Counted from the first letter of the stretch, positions 9,185 to 19,081 are shown. The stretch: DNA of 43,697 bases from Flavobacteriales bacterium (GCA_042089975.1 JBELJW010000002.1:1-43697); one strand, 5' to 3'. Made by a program: numbers and translations. The notes: a model not told the origin generated them from the letters alone.

Positions 9185-9211
9185 GGACGTTCAGATGAAG
9201 GAGAGAATGCC

Positions 9212-9219
9212 GAACTTCG
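9212..9219 (+). promoter_or_regulatory. Degenerate -7-like box GAACTTCG, 4 nt upstream of the purQ ATG
   Basis: The sequence reads GAACTTCG-tccc-ATG(9224). The core (ACTTCG) and offset match the sORF and DUF2480 boxes. Position 1 deviates (G rather than T). Confidence 0.25.
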
Positions 9220-9223
9220 TCCC

Positions 9224-9916
9224 ATGAAGATTGGTGTAGTCACCTTCCCCGGCTCGAATTGCGACATGGACATGGTCCATGCACTGAGCCACAACCTCGG
9301 CTTCAACGTGGTGCAACTCTGGCACAAAGACAGAGATTTGCAAGGCGTTGAAGCCGTTGTCCTTCCCGGCGGTTTCAGTTACGGGGATTACCTGCGCAGC
9401 GGCGCCATCGCACGCTTCTCTCCCATCATGGAGGAAGTCATTGCCTTTGCCAACAATGGCGGGCGCGTATTGGGGGTATGCAATGGATTCCAAATCCTGT
9501 GCGAAGCGGGGCTCCTGCCCGGCACCCTGAGACACAACGAAAGCCGGAAGTTCATTTGCAGGAACGTGCACTTGAAGCCCGTCTCTCGCACCGCCCCTGT
9601 GTCCAAGGGCTGCGATCCTGACACTCCCCTTTTGGTGCCCATCGCACACGGCGAAGGAAACTACTTCATTGGTGAAGAAGGTCTGCAGTCCCTAAAAGAC
9701 AACGACCAGATCCTTTTCCAGTATTGCGATGAAGAAGGCAAGGTGAATGGCATGAGCAACCCCAATGGGGCATTGATGAACATCGCAGGCGTTTGCAACG
9801 AGGGGAAAAATGTTTTTGGCATGATGCCTCACCCTGAGCGTGCGTGCAGCGAAGACCTCGCCAATGCCGATGGAAAGGCCATTTTGATGGGCCTTGTCCA
9901 GGAGGTTTTGGCCTGA
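9224..9916 (+). CDS. purQ: Phosphoribosylformylglycinamidine synthase subunit PurQ (glutaminase)
   Basis: The sequence contains MKIGVVTFPGSNCDMD, the GVCNGFQIL nucleophile-Cys block, and HPER near the C-terminus. These are class I glutamine amidotransferase features in the PurQ layout. Confidence 0.93.
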   Translation: MKIGVVTFPGSNCDMDMVHALSHNLGFNVVQLWHKDRDLQGVEAVVLPGGFSYGDYLRSGAIARFSPIMEEVIAFANNGGRVLGVCNGFQILCEAGLLPGTLRHNESRKFICRNVHLKPVSRTAPVSKGCDPDTPLLVPIAHGEGNYFIGEEGLQSLKDNDQILFQYCDEEGKVNGMSNPNGALMNIAGVCNEGKNVFGMMPHPERACSEDLANADGKAILMGLVQEVLA

Positions 9917-9967
9917 CGGGACGAGACCTGTTCTGAACATTTGGGACCAAAGGAAACCTGAAGGGGT

Positions 9968-9975
9968 TAGATTTG
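9968..9975 (+). promoter_or_regulatory. Perfect -7 box TAGATTTG, 22 nt upstream of the dxs ATG
   Basis: It lies in the 81-bp purQ-dxs gap. A TTG sits at 9941-9943, 24 nt upstream, which is longer than the canonical -33 spacing. Confidence 0.4.
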
Positions 9976-9997
9976 TTACAATCCCTCAACACCTGAT

Positions 9998-11959
9998 TTG
10001 AACCCCATGGATGCCTACTCAGCCGGACCCTTCCTTTCACAGATTGAGGACCCCTCCGATTTGCGGAGCAAATTCAAGACAGAAGAACTTCAGCAAGTGG
10101 CCGATGAGCTCCGGCAATTCATCGTCGACGTGGTGTCGGAAAAGGGCGGACATTTTGGGGCGAGTTTGGGGGTGGTTGAGTTGACGGTTGCCCTGCACTA
10201 TGCGTTCAACACCCCTCAAGACCAAATCGTTTGGGATGTGGGGCACCAGGCCTATGGCCACAAGATTTTGACAGGACGTCGCCACGACTTCCACACCAAC
10301 CGCCAACACAAAGGCCTCTCCGGATTCCCCAAGAGGAGCGAGAGCCCCTACGACACCTTTGGCGTGGGCCACAGCAGCACGAGCATCAGTGCGGCACTGG
10401 GCATGGCCGTGGGCAGCCGCCACAACGGCGAACGCAGCACACAACACGTGGCCGTGATTGGCGACGGTGCCATGACCGCTGGTTTGGCCTTTGAAGGGTT
10501 GAACCACGGCGGCGTGGAAGACACCAACATGCTGGTCATTTTGAACGACAACTGCATGTCCATCGACCCCAATGTTGGCGCGCTCAAAGAGTACTTGACC
10601 GACATCACCACCTCCCATACTTACAACAAGGTGAAGGACGAAGTCTGGGAGTTGCTGGGACGGATCAGCAAGTTTGGCCCCAATGCCCAGGCGATCGCCC
10701 AAAAGGTGGAGAATGCTGTCAAGAGTGCTGTCTTGAAGCAAAGCAACCTTTTTGAATCCCTGAATTTCCGGTACTTCGGACCTGTGGACGGCCACGACGT
10801 GGAGTACCTGGCCAAGGTGATGGAGGACCTCAAGGACATTCCCGGTCCCAAGCTCCTTCACGTGGTGACGAGAAAAGGTGCTGGATATGCACCTTCAGAG
10901 GCAGGAAGCCCCACCAAGTGGCACGCTCCAGGCTTGTTCAACAAGGACACCGGAGAGATCTTGAAATCTGCAGAGGCAGCGCCCAAGCCCCCCAAATTCC
11001 AAGACGTTTTTGGACGGAGCATCATCGAGCTTGCCAAAAAAGACCGCCGCATTGTAGGGGTCACACCGGCCATGCCTTCGGGGTGCAGCTTGAAATACAT
11101 GATGGAGGAAATGCCCGACCGGGCCTTCGATGTCGGCATTGCTGAACAGCACGCCGTGACCTTCAGCGCAGGAATGGCAACGCGTGGTCTTGTTCCGTTT
11201 TGCAACATCTACTCGACCTTCATGCAGAGGGCCTATGACCAAGTCATCCACGACGTGGCCATCCAAAACCTGCATGTGGTCTTCTGTCTCGACCGTGGAG
11301 GTCTCGTTGGTGCAGATGGACCCACCCACCACGGGGCATACGATCTGGCGTACATGCGCTGCATCCCCAACCTTGTGGTGAGTGCGCCCATGGACGAACA
11401 AGAACTCAGGAACCTGATGTACACCTCGTCCCAAAAACACGACGGTCCATTCGTCATTCGCTACCCCAGAGGCACGGGCTCCATGGTGGAATGGCAAACA
11501 CCATTCGAAGAAGTCGAGGTGGGACGCGGTCGTCGCTTGCGCAACGGCAACGCTCTTGCCATCCTCAGCATCGGTGCCATCGGCACCCAGGCTGTCAAGG
11601 CTGCAAAAGATCTCGCAGAACGCGGGGTGGAAGTGGCGCATTACGACATGCGCTTTGTCAAGCCTTTGGACGAAGTCTTGCTCCACGAAGTATTTGGCCG
11701 GTTCAAGGATGTGATCACCCTCGAAGATGGTTGCATCCAAGGAGGCATGGGAAGTGCCGTCACGGAGTGGGCCATGGAGCACGGCTACGGCTCAAAGGTG
11801 GCCCGTCTCGGTGTGCCTGACCGCTACATTGAGCATGGGACCCAATCCGAGCTGTACGCTGAGTGCGGCTATGACGCAGAGGCCATCGTGGCCAAGGCCA
11901 TGGACATGTGCCAAGCGCGGGCTGCTGAAAGCAGCGATGAAGGACTGCGAATTGCCTGA
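9998..11959 (+). CDS. dxs: 1-deoxy-D-xylulose-5-phosphate synthase
   Basis: The sequence contains GGHFGASLGVVELTVALHY, WDVGHQAYGHKILTGR, the GDGAMTAGLAFEGLN TPP-binding motif, and a transketolase-like C-terminal half. Confidence 0.95.
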   Translation: MNPMDAYSAGPFLSQIEDPSDLRSKFKTEELQQVADELRQFIVDVVSEKGGHFGASLGVVELTVALHYAFNTPQDQIVWDVGHQAYGHKILTGRRHDFHTNRQHKGLSGFPKRSESPYDTFGVGHSSTSISAALGMAVGSRHNGERSTQHVAVIGDGAMTAGLAFEGLNHGGVEDTNMLVILNDNCMSIDPNVGALKEYLTDITTSHTYNKVKDEVWELLGRISKFGPNAQAIAQKVENAVKSAVLKQSNLFESLNFRYFGPVDGHDVEYLAKVMEDLKDIPGPKLLHVVTRKGAGYAPSEAGSPTKWHAPGLFNKDTGEILKSAEAAPKPPKFQDVFGRSIIELAKKDRRIVGVTPAMPSGCSLKYMMEEMPDRAFDVGIAEQHAVTFSAGMATRGLVPFCNIYSTFMQRAYDQVIHDVAIQNLHVVFCLDRGGLVGADGPTHHGAYDLAYMRCIPNLVVSAPMDEQELRNLMYTSSQKHDGPFVIRYPRGTGSMVEWQTPFEEVEVGRGRRLRNGNALAILSIGAIGTQAVKAAKDLAERGVEVAHYDMRFVKPLDEVLLHEVFGRFKDVITLEDGCIQGGMGSAVTEWAMEHGYGSKVARLGVPDRYIEHGTQSELYAECGYDAEAIVAKAMDMCQARAAESSDEGLRIA

Positions 11960-11989
11960 CCATTCGTTGGGCTTGCTTCCTGCGTGACG

Positions 11990-11997
11990 TAGCTTCG
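11990..11997 (+). promoter_or_regulatory. -7-like box TAGCTTCG, 5 nt upstream of the DUF2480 ATG
   Basis: The sequence reads TAGCTTCG-gggac-ATG(12003). It has one mismatch (C for T at position 7) to TAnnTTTG. Confidence 0.3.
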
Positions 11998-12002
11998 GGG
12001 AC

Positions 12003-12512
12003 ATGGAAGAACCGCTTGTCAACCGAGTGCAAGAAAGTGGCCTGATTCAATTGGATTTGGAGCGTGAATTGGCGCCGCCAAAGGTGGCCACCGTCGACCT
12101 GTCCACCTGGCTAGAAGGAGGGTTTGTCCTGCGGGAAAAACACTTCCGACAGGAAGTCACGGCATGGGATGCCACCCCTTACAAGGACCATGTGGTCGCC
12201 ATGGATTGCTCCACCGATGCCATCCTCCCCGATTGGGCGTGGATGCTTGTGGCCCAGAAGCTCTCCACCGTAGAGGCCATGGCCATCCATGGCCCATTGG
12301 AAAGGGCACAAACAGAGGCTTGGAAAGTCGCCGTCGAAAGGCTCGATTTGGAGCGCTTCAGGGAAGAGCGGCTCATCGTCAAAGGCTGCGCCAGCGCTGG
12401 CGGCCCAGGAACGTTGGTGGCCTTCACCCAAAAGGTCAGCCCCATCGTCAAAAGTCTCATGTTTGGTGAGGCCTGCAGCGCTGTGCCCATTGTCAAGAAC
12501 CGCATCTCATGA
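12003..12512 (+). CDS. DUF2480 family protein (Bacteroidota-conserved, function unknown)
   Basis: It is 169 aa long. The N-terminus ..LVNRVQESGLIQLDLE.. and the overall length match my memory of the DUF2480 family. The stop overlaps the polA start (ATGA, 12509-12512). Confidence 0.55.
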   Translation: MEEPLVNRVQESGLIQLDLERELAPPKVATVDLSTWLEGGFVLREKHFRQEVTAWDATPYKDHVVAMDCSTDAILPDWAWMLVAQKLSTVEAMAIHGPLERAQTEAWKVAVERLDLERFREERLIVKGCASAGGPGTLVAFTQKVSPIVKSLMFGEACSAVPIVKNRIS

Positions 12513-15346
12513 TCACGCCTCCTTCCGACAAAAAATTGTTTTTGGTGGATGCCTATGCCCTCATTTTCAGAGCATACTACGCGTTCATCAAGAACCCCCG
12601 CATCAACACCAAGGGGATGAACACCTCTGCCGTTTTTGGCTTCACGAATGCATTGATGGAGGTCATCAAAAGAGAGGAGCCCACGCATCTCGCCGTGGTG
12701 TTCGACCCTCCTGGACCCAACCTTCGCAACGAACAATTCGAGGCCTACAAGGCCAACCGCGACGAAACCCCCGAAGACATCAAACTCAGTGTGCCTTGGA
12801 TTGTCAAAGTCCTCGAAGGACTCAACATCCCAGTGCTTCAGGCGCCTGGTTTCGAGGCCGATGACCTGATCGGTTGTTTGGCCAAGCGCGCCGAAAAGGA
12901 AGATTTCGATGTGTTCATGATGACCCCCGACAAGGACTTTGCCCAATTGGTCACGGAACGCATCCGCATGTACAGACCAGGTCGAAGTGGCAACCCTCCT
13001 ACCATTTGGGGACCCGCTGAAGTTCGCGAAAGGTACGGCTTGGAAGAGCCTGAGCAAGTCATTGACTTGCTGGGCCTCATGGGAGATTCTGCAGACAACA
13101 TCCCGGGCGTGCCGGGCGTCGGTGAAAAAACCGCCATCAAGTTCTTGCAGCAATTTGGGTCCATGGAAGGGCTTTACGACAACCTGGACCAACTCAAGGG
13201 GAAGATGAAGGAAAAGGTGGAGGCGAACCGGGACCAAGCGTTCCTCTCACGCCAGCTTGCCACCATCGTTCTGGACATTGACTTTGAGGAAGATTTTCCT
13301 GCCATGAAACTGCAGACGCCCAACGTCGAGCTGTTGTCCCAAGTCCTGGAAGAACTGGAGTTTCGAACGTTGGCGCGGCGGCTGCTTGGCGACGTTTCAG
13401 CCCCGGCCCCATCGGCTGCCAACGCCAAGCCTTCTGACGCCCAAGCGTCCGCTGCCTCCTCCGAAATGGCCGACGATGCCGAGGGCCAATTGAGCATGTT
13501 CGATGCCGCCTTGGAGGTGGCACCCTCTGCTGCGTCCTCGCTCGGTTCCTACGACGCGGACAACGTGGCGTACCATTTGGTCCAAGACGAGCAAGGATGG
13601 AAACAACTCGTTGCGGACATGACCTCCGCGGGACGATTTGCATTTGATACGGAAACCACGGGCCTCGATGCCATGCAGGCCGGGCTGGTGGGCATGTCCT
13701 TTTGTGCTGCCCCAGGCACTGCATACTACGTGCCAGTGCGTCCCGACACGTGGGAAGGCATCCGCAAGGTGTTCCAGCCATTGCTCGAGCACCCCGACAT
13801 GGTCATCGTCGGGCAAAATCTGAAGTACGACGGGAAAATCATGGCGCGCCGCGGCATCGACATCACCGGAGCACAGCTCCAAGACACCATGGTGGCGCAC
13901 TACCTCATCGAGCCCGACCAGCCACATGGGATGGACGCCCTGGCACAAGCCTTCCTCGATTACCAATGCATTCCAATCACTTCTTTGATTGGCAAAAAAG
14001 GCAAGAACCAAAAGTCCATGGCTGACCTCTCCCCTGAAGAGGTCGTGGCTTATGCCTGCGAGGATGCTGACATCACCCTTCAATTGGCCAATGCCCTGCT
14101 GCCGCGATTGAAAGACATGCAACTGGAGTCGCTGTTCCGCGACGTGGAAATGCCATTGGTCGCCGTGCTCATGCGCATGGAACTTCAAGGCGTGGCCATC
14201 GACCGTGCCCATTTGGCAGACTTCAGTGCCCAACTCGCCGAGCAACTCGACACCCTTCAGCGTTCCATACAAGAAGCTGCTGGCGTGCCGTTCAATGTGG
14301 ATTCTCCCAAGCAATTGGGCGAAATCCTGTTTGACCATTTGGCCATTCCTGCGAAGGTGAAAAAGACCAAAACGGGGCAATACCCCACTGGCGAAGCCAT
14401 CCTGAGCAAATTGAAAAACCAACACCCCATCGTGGGGGATGTCCTTGAGTATCGAAAATTGAAAAAGCTTCGATCCACCTATGTAGAACCCCTGCCAGCC
14501 CTTGTGCATCAAGACACGGAGCGCATCCACACGACCTACATGCAAGGTGTGGCCGCCACGGGCAGGCTGAGCAGCAAAGACCCCAATCTGCAGAACATCC
14601 CCATCCGCACTGCACAAGGGCGGGAAATCCGGAAGGCCTTCGTGCCCAGTGGGCCAGGCCGCGTATTGGTGGCCGCCGATTACAGCCAAGTGGAATTGCG
14701 CATTGCCGCCGCCATGAGCGGAGAAAAGGGGTTGATTGATGCCTTTCAGCAAGGGCTTGACATCCACGCAGCCACTGCGTCCAAAGTCTTCGGGGTCGGA
14801 TTGGAGGAGGTCAGCAGAGAACAGCGAAGCCAAGCCAAAGCCGTCAATTTTGGCATTCTCTATGGCCAAGGCGCCTTCGGGTTGGCAGAAAATTTGGGCA
14901 TTCCACGAAAGGAGGCGAAGAGCATCATCGAATCCTACCACGCACAGTTTTCCGGACTTGAAGCCTTCACCCAAGAATGCGTCGCCAAAGCAAGGGAGGC
15001 GGGCAAAGCCACCACATTGCTTGGAAGGCACCGTCCACTTCCGGACATCAACAGCAACAATGCCGTGGTGAGGGCCTTCGCAGAAAGGAACGCCGTCAAC
15101 ACCCCCATCCAAGGATCCGCCGCAGACATCATCAAAGTGGCCATGATCCGTGTGGCGGAGGCCATGAAAGGCATGAAGAGCAAGTTGATCATGCAGGTCC
15201 ATGACGAATTGGTCGTGGACGCGACAACCGACGAATTGGACAAGGTCAAGTCCCTCTTGGTGGAGTGCATGGAGGGCGCGGTCACACTCGATGTCCCTTT
15301 GGACGTCGAAGTGTCCCACGGGCAAACATGGCTCGAAGCCCACTGA
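12509..15346 (+). CDS. polA: DNA polymerase I
   Basis: The 5'-nuclease N-terminus reads LFLVDAYALIFRAYYA. The 3'-5' exonuclease block reads FAFDTETTGLD. The polymerase motifs are DYSQVELRIAA, NFGILYGQ and QVHDELV. An Ala/Ser-rich linker sits at about 13390-13560. Confidence 0.97.
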   Translation: MITPPSDKKLFLVDAYALIFRAYYAFIKNPRINTKGMNTSAVFGFTNALMEVIKREEPTHLAVVFDPPGPNLRNEQFEAYKANRDETPEDIKLSVPWIVKVLEGLNIPVLQAPGFEADDLIGCLAKRAEKEDFDVFMMTPDKDFAQLVTERIRMYRPGRSGNPPTIWGPAEVRERYGLEEPEQVIDLLGLMGDSADNIPGVPGVGEKTAIKFLQQFGSMEGLYDNLDQLKGKMKEKVEANRDQAFLSRQLATIVLDIDFEEDFPAMKLQTPNVELLSQVLEELEFRTLARRLLGDVSAPAPSAANAKPSDAQASAASSEMADDAEGQLSMFDAALEVAPSAASSLGSYDADNVAYHLVQDEQGWKQLVADMTSAGRFAFDTETTGLDAMQAGLVGMSFCAAPGTAYYVPVRPDTWEGIRKVFQPLLEHPDMVIVGQNLKYDGKIMARRGIDITGAQLQDTMVAHYLIEPDQPHGMDALAQAFLDYQCIPITSLIGKKGKNQKSMADLSPEEVVAYACEDADITLQLANALLPRLKDMQLESLFRDVEMPLVAVLMRMELQGVAIDRAHLADFSAQLAEQLDTLQRSIQEAAGVPFNVDSPKQLGEILFDHLAIPAKVKKTKTGQYPTGEAILSKLKNQHPIVGDVLEYRKLKKLRSTYVEPLPALVHQDTERIHTTYMQGVAATGRLSSKDPNLQNIPIRTAQGREIRKAFVPSGPGRVLVAADYSQVELRIAAAMSGEKGLIDAFQQGLDIHAATASKVFGVGLEEVSREQRSQAKAVNFGILYGQGAFGLAENLGIPRKEAKSIIESYHAQFSGLEAFTQECVAKAREAGKATTLLGRHRPLPDINSNNAVVRAFAERNAVNTPIQGSAADIIKVAMIRVAEAMKGMKSKLIMQVHDELVVDATTDELDKVKSLLVECMEGAVTLDVPLDVEVSHGQTWLEAH

Positions 15347-15469
15347 GGCCCTTGCGGTCAACGCCCCTGACAAAACGTGTCTCTGGTTCACATTCCAGCG
15401 TGTAGAACTTTTCGCTTGCACGCCCGTACACTGGGGGAAGAAACCCAAATTCGTACCAACCCAAAACGC

Positions 15470-16354
15470 ATGAAGAAGTTCCGCAATTCCTTGTTTCTCA
15501 GCCTTGCAGCTGCAACCCTCGTCCTCGCTGGCTGCGGTGAATCGACCGGTCCCACGACTTCCGGTTCCTCCCTTTCAGAAGGAGCGTCCGTGACGCAACG
15601 TACCAAACGATTGAAGAAGATTTTCAGAGCGGCACCTACGCCCATGGAAACGGCACGCATCGTCCAAAAAACTGGGGCCACCTTTTCACAGGACCACCTG
15701 CACTCGGCCATGTCGGCCTCCAACTATGTCACCGCTGACCGCCAAGCCATCAATCTCGGCATCTACGGAGCGGACCTCAGCTACGCGACCATCTTCGAAG
15801 AAAATGCCGTGTCCCTGACCTACCTCGAGGTGGTCAAGAGCCTTGCGCGTGATTTGGGCGTAGGCGACGTCATCGACGACAACTTGCTCGCACGCGCAGA
15901 ATCCAATCGCGCACGCCAAGATTCCTTGATCTCCATTGTGTCTGAGGCCTTTTTGAACATGAACCAAAAGCTCAAATCCAATGGACAAGAAGACCTCAGT
16001 GGCATGCTCGTGGCCGCTGGTTGGGTGGAGAGTTTGTATTTGGCCACACGTCACCAAGACAAGGCCAACGACGATCTCAGAAGCAGAATCGCAGAGCAAA
16101 AGCTGGTGATGGAAGATGTGGTGGATTTGGTCACCAGCTACGAACAGTCGCCGGGACTCAAAGACATGATCGCGGGCCTTCAACCCATCGTGGACGCATT
16201 CGATGCCGTGCAAAAAGAAGAAGCGAGCAACACCATACGCAAGAGCCAAGGTGCCATCCTCATCGGGGGAGGCAGCCGATACACAGCAAGCGAAGAGGTT
16301 CTTGCCCAAATTTCAACTGCTGTGGCAGATGTACGTAACCAACTTGTGAAATGA
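15470..16354 (+). CDS. Predicted lipoprotein of unknown function (about 294 aa, probably helical)
   Basis: MKKFRNSLFLSLAAATLVLAGCGES is a lipoprotein signal with a lipobox Cys. I recognised no catalytic motif. I moved the start from 15377 to ATG 15470 to fit the signal peptide. Confidence 0.6.
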   Translation: MKKFRNSLFLSLAAATLVLAGCGESTGPTTSGSSLSEGASVTQRTKRLKKIFRAAPTPMETARIVQKTGATFSQDHLHSAMSASNYVTADRQAINLGIYGADLSYATIFEENAVSLTYLEVVKSLARDLGVGDVIDDNLLARAESNRARQDSLISIVSEAFLNMNQKLKSNGQEDLSGMLVAAGWVESLYLATRHQDKANDDLRSRIAEQKLVMEDVVDLVTSYEQSPGLKDMIAGLQPIVDAFDAVQKEEASNTIRKSQGAILIGGGSRYTASEEVLAQISTAVADVRNQLVK

Positions 16355-16788
16355 GCGTAAAGACTACTACGATGAAGCACACCACTCTCCTGCTCGCCTT
16401 TGTGTCCCTGCTCGCGGCCTCAGCGTCCGCACAATGCCGAACATTCACAAAGAAGAATTGCCTCCCACTGCTGGAGGACTACATCCAGAATGACAATTAC
16501 AACTCTGCGGTCCTCATCCCAGGCGACGAAGCAGAGCTGGACCTGACTTTTCTTGCGGGCACCAACTACCGCGTGGCAGTTTGCGCACATCCCGTGTTGG
16601 GAGAGGTCAAGTTTGACGTCTTGGACGACCAGGACATCCGCATCTGGAGCAATTCAGATGAATCTGACCACCTCGACTTCAGTGTTGAAAATGCCCAAAG
16701 ACTTCGTTTCCGCGTTCAAGTACCTGAAACCGACGCTGCCATTCTCCATGAAGGCTGCGTGTCCATCTTGATCGGAAGCAAAGATTGA
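16351..16788 (+). CDS. Small secreted Cys-containing protein of unknown function
   Basis: A signal peptide (MSVKTTT)MKHTTLLLAFVSLLAASASAQ is followed by four Cys residues in the mature part. The start is either ATG 16351 (ATGA overlap with the upstream stop) or ATG 16372. Confidence 0.55.
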   Translation: MSVKTTTMKHTTLLLAFVSLLAASASAQCRTFTKKNCLPLLEDYIQNDNYNSAVLIPGDEAELDLTFLAGTNYRVAVCAHPVLGEVKFDVLDDQDIRIWSNSDESDHLDFSVENAQRLRFRVQVPETDAAILHEGCVSILIGSKD

Positions 16789-16816
16789 GTCCTTCCTTCC
16801 TAACCTGCTGAAACGA

Positions 16817-16842
16817 GAAGGCCCGCCAATTGGCGGGCCTTC
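16817..16842. terminator. Bidirectional intrinsic-terminator-like hairpin between convergent genes
   Basis: GAAGGCCCGCC-aatt-GGCGGGCCTTC forms an 11-bp GC-rich stem with a 4-nt loop, extendable by flanking A-T. It sits in the 78-bp gap between the + gene ending at 16788 and the - gene ending at 16867. The flanks are only weakly T-rich. Confidence 0.65.
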
Positions 16843-16866
16843 TTCATGTCCTTGAGGTTGGTCGCT

Positions 16867-18987
16867 TCAGCGCACCACCCACTTCCAGGTCCGTTGGAGT
16901 CCAAGGTCCGAAGTGAGCTGCAGAAGGTAGACACCTGGGACACCCGGCGAAGGGAGGTTCCACTCTTGGGATCCTGATGCTGCGGACAAGGCGTGTCGCG
17001 CAACCTCACGGCCTGAAGCATCCTGAACAATCGCCTGACAACGCGATGGACGGCTCAAATGGAAGCGCAACGTAGAAGACGACTGCTGAGAAGGGTTGGG
17101 TGCCAAACTCCAGGCAGACGGAGAACCCAACTCGCCCAATCCATTGATTCCGTCTCCGACCGCGGTGATGTTGATGTCGTCCAAGAAAATGTTGTTGCCC
17201 AGGCGGCTCTCAAACTCAAATTGGACACGGAAATTCTCGGTGAGATATTGGGGTTGATCCAAAACGATGGTGTACTCATTCCAATCCTCTGCACCCGAGG
17301 GGACAAAGGGAAAGGGCGTTGGGTTGGCCGACGGCAAATCTGTGAATCCCCTGTGCATGCGGCGAAGGTCCCAATCGTTGCCACAATCCCCAGTCACACT
17401 GACACGCAGACGGTCGTCGGTTTCAGAATCGTCATTGGACCCTTTGAAAGCGTAGGCCCACCTGTAGTGGATCTGGATTTGATCGGCCTGACTCATGTCC
17501 ATGGTTGCGGTGCGCAAAAAGTCGTCGTTGAACTCCACGGTGTTGCTCCAATTCTCCACCATCATGGACCGGCTGCCAGTGTAGGACGCAGCTGTGGTTG
17601 GCTCCCATGACCCGTCCTCCAGAGGGTCTTCCACGAACCACAAGCTGTTGGGGTATTCCCCAGGCTCAAAGCCCTGCTCCAAGGGGAGATCCAACTCTCC
17701 TCCCCCCATCACGTAGACCGCAGCTTCTGCTGTCGTGCTCACTTCTCCGGTGGCATTGCCCACCGTCAAACTGATGTCAAACGCTCCTGAGCTCTCAAAC
17801 GTATGGTAAACTTCGTTGGCCCCGTCTGCTTCCACACCAGTCATGGTGGCCCCATCTCCGAAATCCCATGACCACTCTGTCACACCGTGGTAACTCTGGT
17901 CCGTGAACAAGATGCTGTCCCCAACACAAATGATGTTGCGGTCCGTCAGAAAGGAAGCCTCACACAGTATGTCCTCGCCAGCAACACCAGTGGCCTCCAA
18001 ATTGGCGGCCGTGGAAAGTTGATTGCGCTGTGCCGTGGTGCTCAAGGCTGCGGTGCGCATGCGCTGCTTTTGGCCTTCGGTGAACATGCGCCCACAGTAG
18101 CTATAGTCCATGTAATTCTGGACATTGTCCAAAGAACCACAGGTCGCACCGTCCAAAGTACAGTTGGTCCAGCCCAATGTGTTGGGCGTGTCGTTGACAT
18201 TGTCGTCTTCGTCACAATTTTCTGCGAGACCTGGGTTGTTGCTGTTCCCCCATGTGTGACGCAAATTGAGCCAATGGCCCACCTCGTGGGTCAGGGTCCT
18301 TGAACGGTAGGGCGTCGAAGTTCCAATGCTTCCAGTGTAGGTGTGCTGCAAGACGATGCCATCCATGTCCGAGTTTTGGTTGTTGGCCACCGAACCCGGG
18401 TACAAAGCGTAACCGGCGGCACCCGCAGCGTATTCGCACACCCAAACATTGAGGTATTTGTTGCGAGGCCATTGAATGAGCGACTTCATTTCAGAATCGC
18501 CCACGTAAGTCAGGTCACTGACAATGCGGTTGATGCCGGGGTGACAATCCCCGTTGGGGTCCCTTTGCGCAAGACGGAATTCTATCTCCACATCCGCCAC
18601 CACATCCTCAAATTCGGGAATCACCTCGCCAATGTTGGCATTCAGGGCACGAAGATTGGTGTTCAAAACATCCACCGCATCCACCACTTGTGCCGTCGCG
18701 ATGTTTTCTGGACCATTGAAATGGATGACGTGGAACACGATGGGAATGATGAGCAATTCGTCGCGCTGACCTGCCGTTTGGGCCAACTGCGTCTCACGCT
18801 CGAGGGCACGCTGGGCTTCCAAGGCAAGGCGGCGGGTCTCTGGGCGCAACGCAAACAGGCGCTCCTGGGCTTGGTGAAGCCCACAAGGTGAAGTGCCCTC
18901 GTGGACGTGGGTTTGGGCTTGCATCAAGGGTGCTGTGGCCAACCAAAGCAGACAAGCCGCGAGGCTGGAGACGGTCAATCGTTTCAT
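16867..18987 (-). CDS. Secreted zinc metalloprotease, M43 (pappalysin/cytophagalysin-like) family, with PKD domain and T9SS C-terminal sorting domain
   Basis: A signal peptide MKRLTVSSLAACLLWLATAPLMQAQ is present. HEVGHWLNLRHTWG is the M43-type HExxHxxxxxH zinc site. The PKD-like block reads FTDQSYHGVTEWSWDFGDG...YHTFESSGAFDISLTV. The C-terminus ...GVYLLQLTSDLGLQRTWKWVVR is a T9SS CTD. An alternative start at ATG 19005 (MIESPT...) is possible. Confidence 0.8.
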   Translation of the reverse strand: MKRLTVSSLAACLLWLATAPLMQAQTHVHEGTSPCGLHQAQERLFALRPETRRLALEAQRALERETQLAQTAGQRDELLIIPIVFHVIHFNGPENIATAQVVDAVDVLNTNLRALNANIGEVIPEFEDVVADVEIEFRLAQRDPNGDCHPGINRIVSDLTYVGDSEMKSLIQWPRNKYLNVWVCEYAAGAAGYALYPGSVANNQNSDMDGIVLQHTYTGSIGTSTPYRSRTLTHEVGHWLNLRHTWGNSNNPGLAENCDEDDNVNDTPNTLGWTNCTLDGATCGSLDNVQNYMDYSYCGRMFTEGQKQRMRTAALSTTAQRNQLSTAANLEATGVAGEDILCEASFLTDRNIICVGDSILFTDQSYHGVTEWSWDFGDGATMTGVEADGANEVYHTFESSGAFDISLTVGNATGEVSTTAEAAVYVMGGGELDLPLEQGFEPGEYPNSLWFVEDPLEDGSWEPTTAASYTGSRSMMVENWSNTVEFNDDFLRTATMDMSQADQIQIHYRWAYAFKGSNDDSETDDRLRVSVTGDCGNDWDLRRMHRGFTDLPSANPTPFPFVPSGAEDWNEYTIVLDQPQYLTENFRVQFEFESRLGNNIFLDDINITAVGDGINGLGELGSPSAWSLAPNPSQQSSSTLRFHLSRPSRCQAIVQDASGREVARHALSAASGSQEWNLPSPGVPGVYLLQLTSDLGLQRTWKWVVR

Positions 18988-19081
18988 CGTCGGGGATTCA
19001 ATCATGAGGGACGGTGAATTTACGACCATCTCCACAAGAACCCGAATGGAGGCGCCTAAGTTGCTTGGAAACGGCACAAAC

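Noticed and set aside
13390-13560. Ala/Ser/Pro-rich low-complexity stretch inside polA (..SAPAPSAANAKPSDAQASAASSEMADDAEG..).
   Set aside because: It lies at the usual flexible linker between the 5'-nuclease and 3'-5' exonuclease domains. The frame is uninterrupted, so it is probably an ordinary lineage-specific linker.
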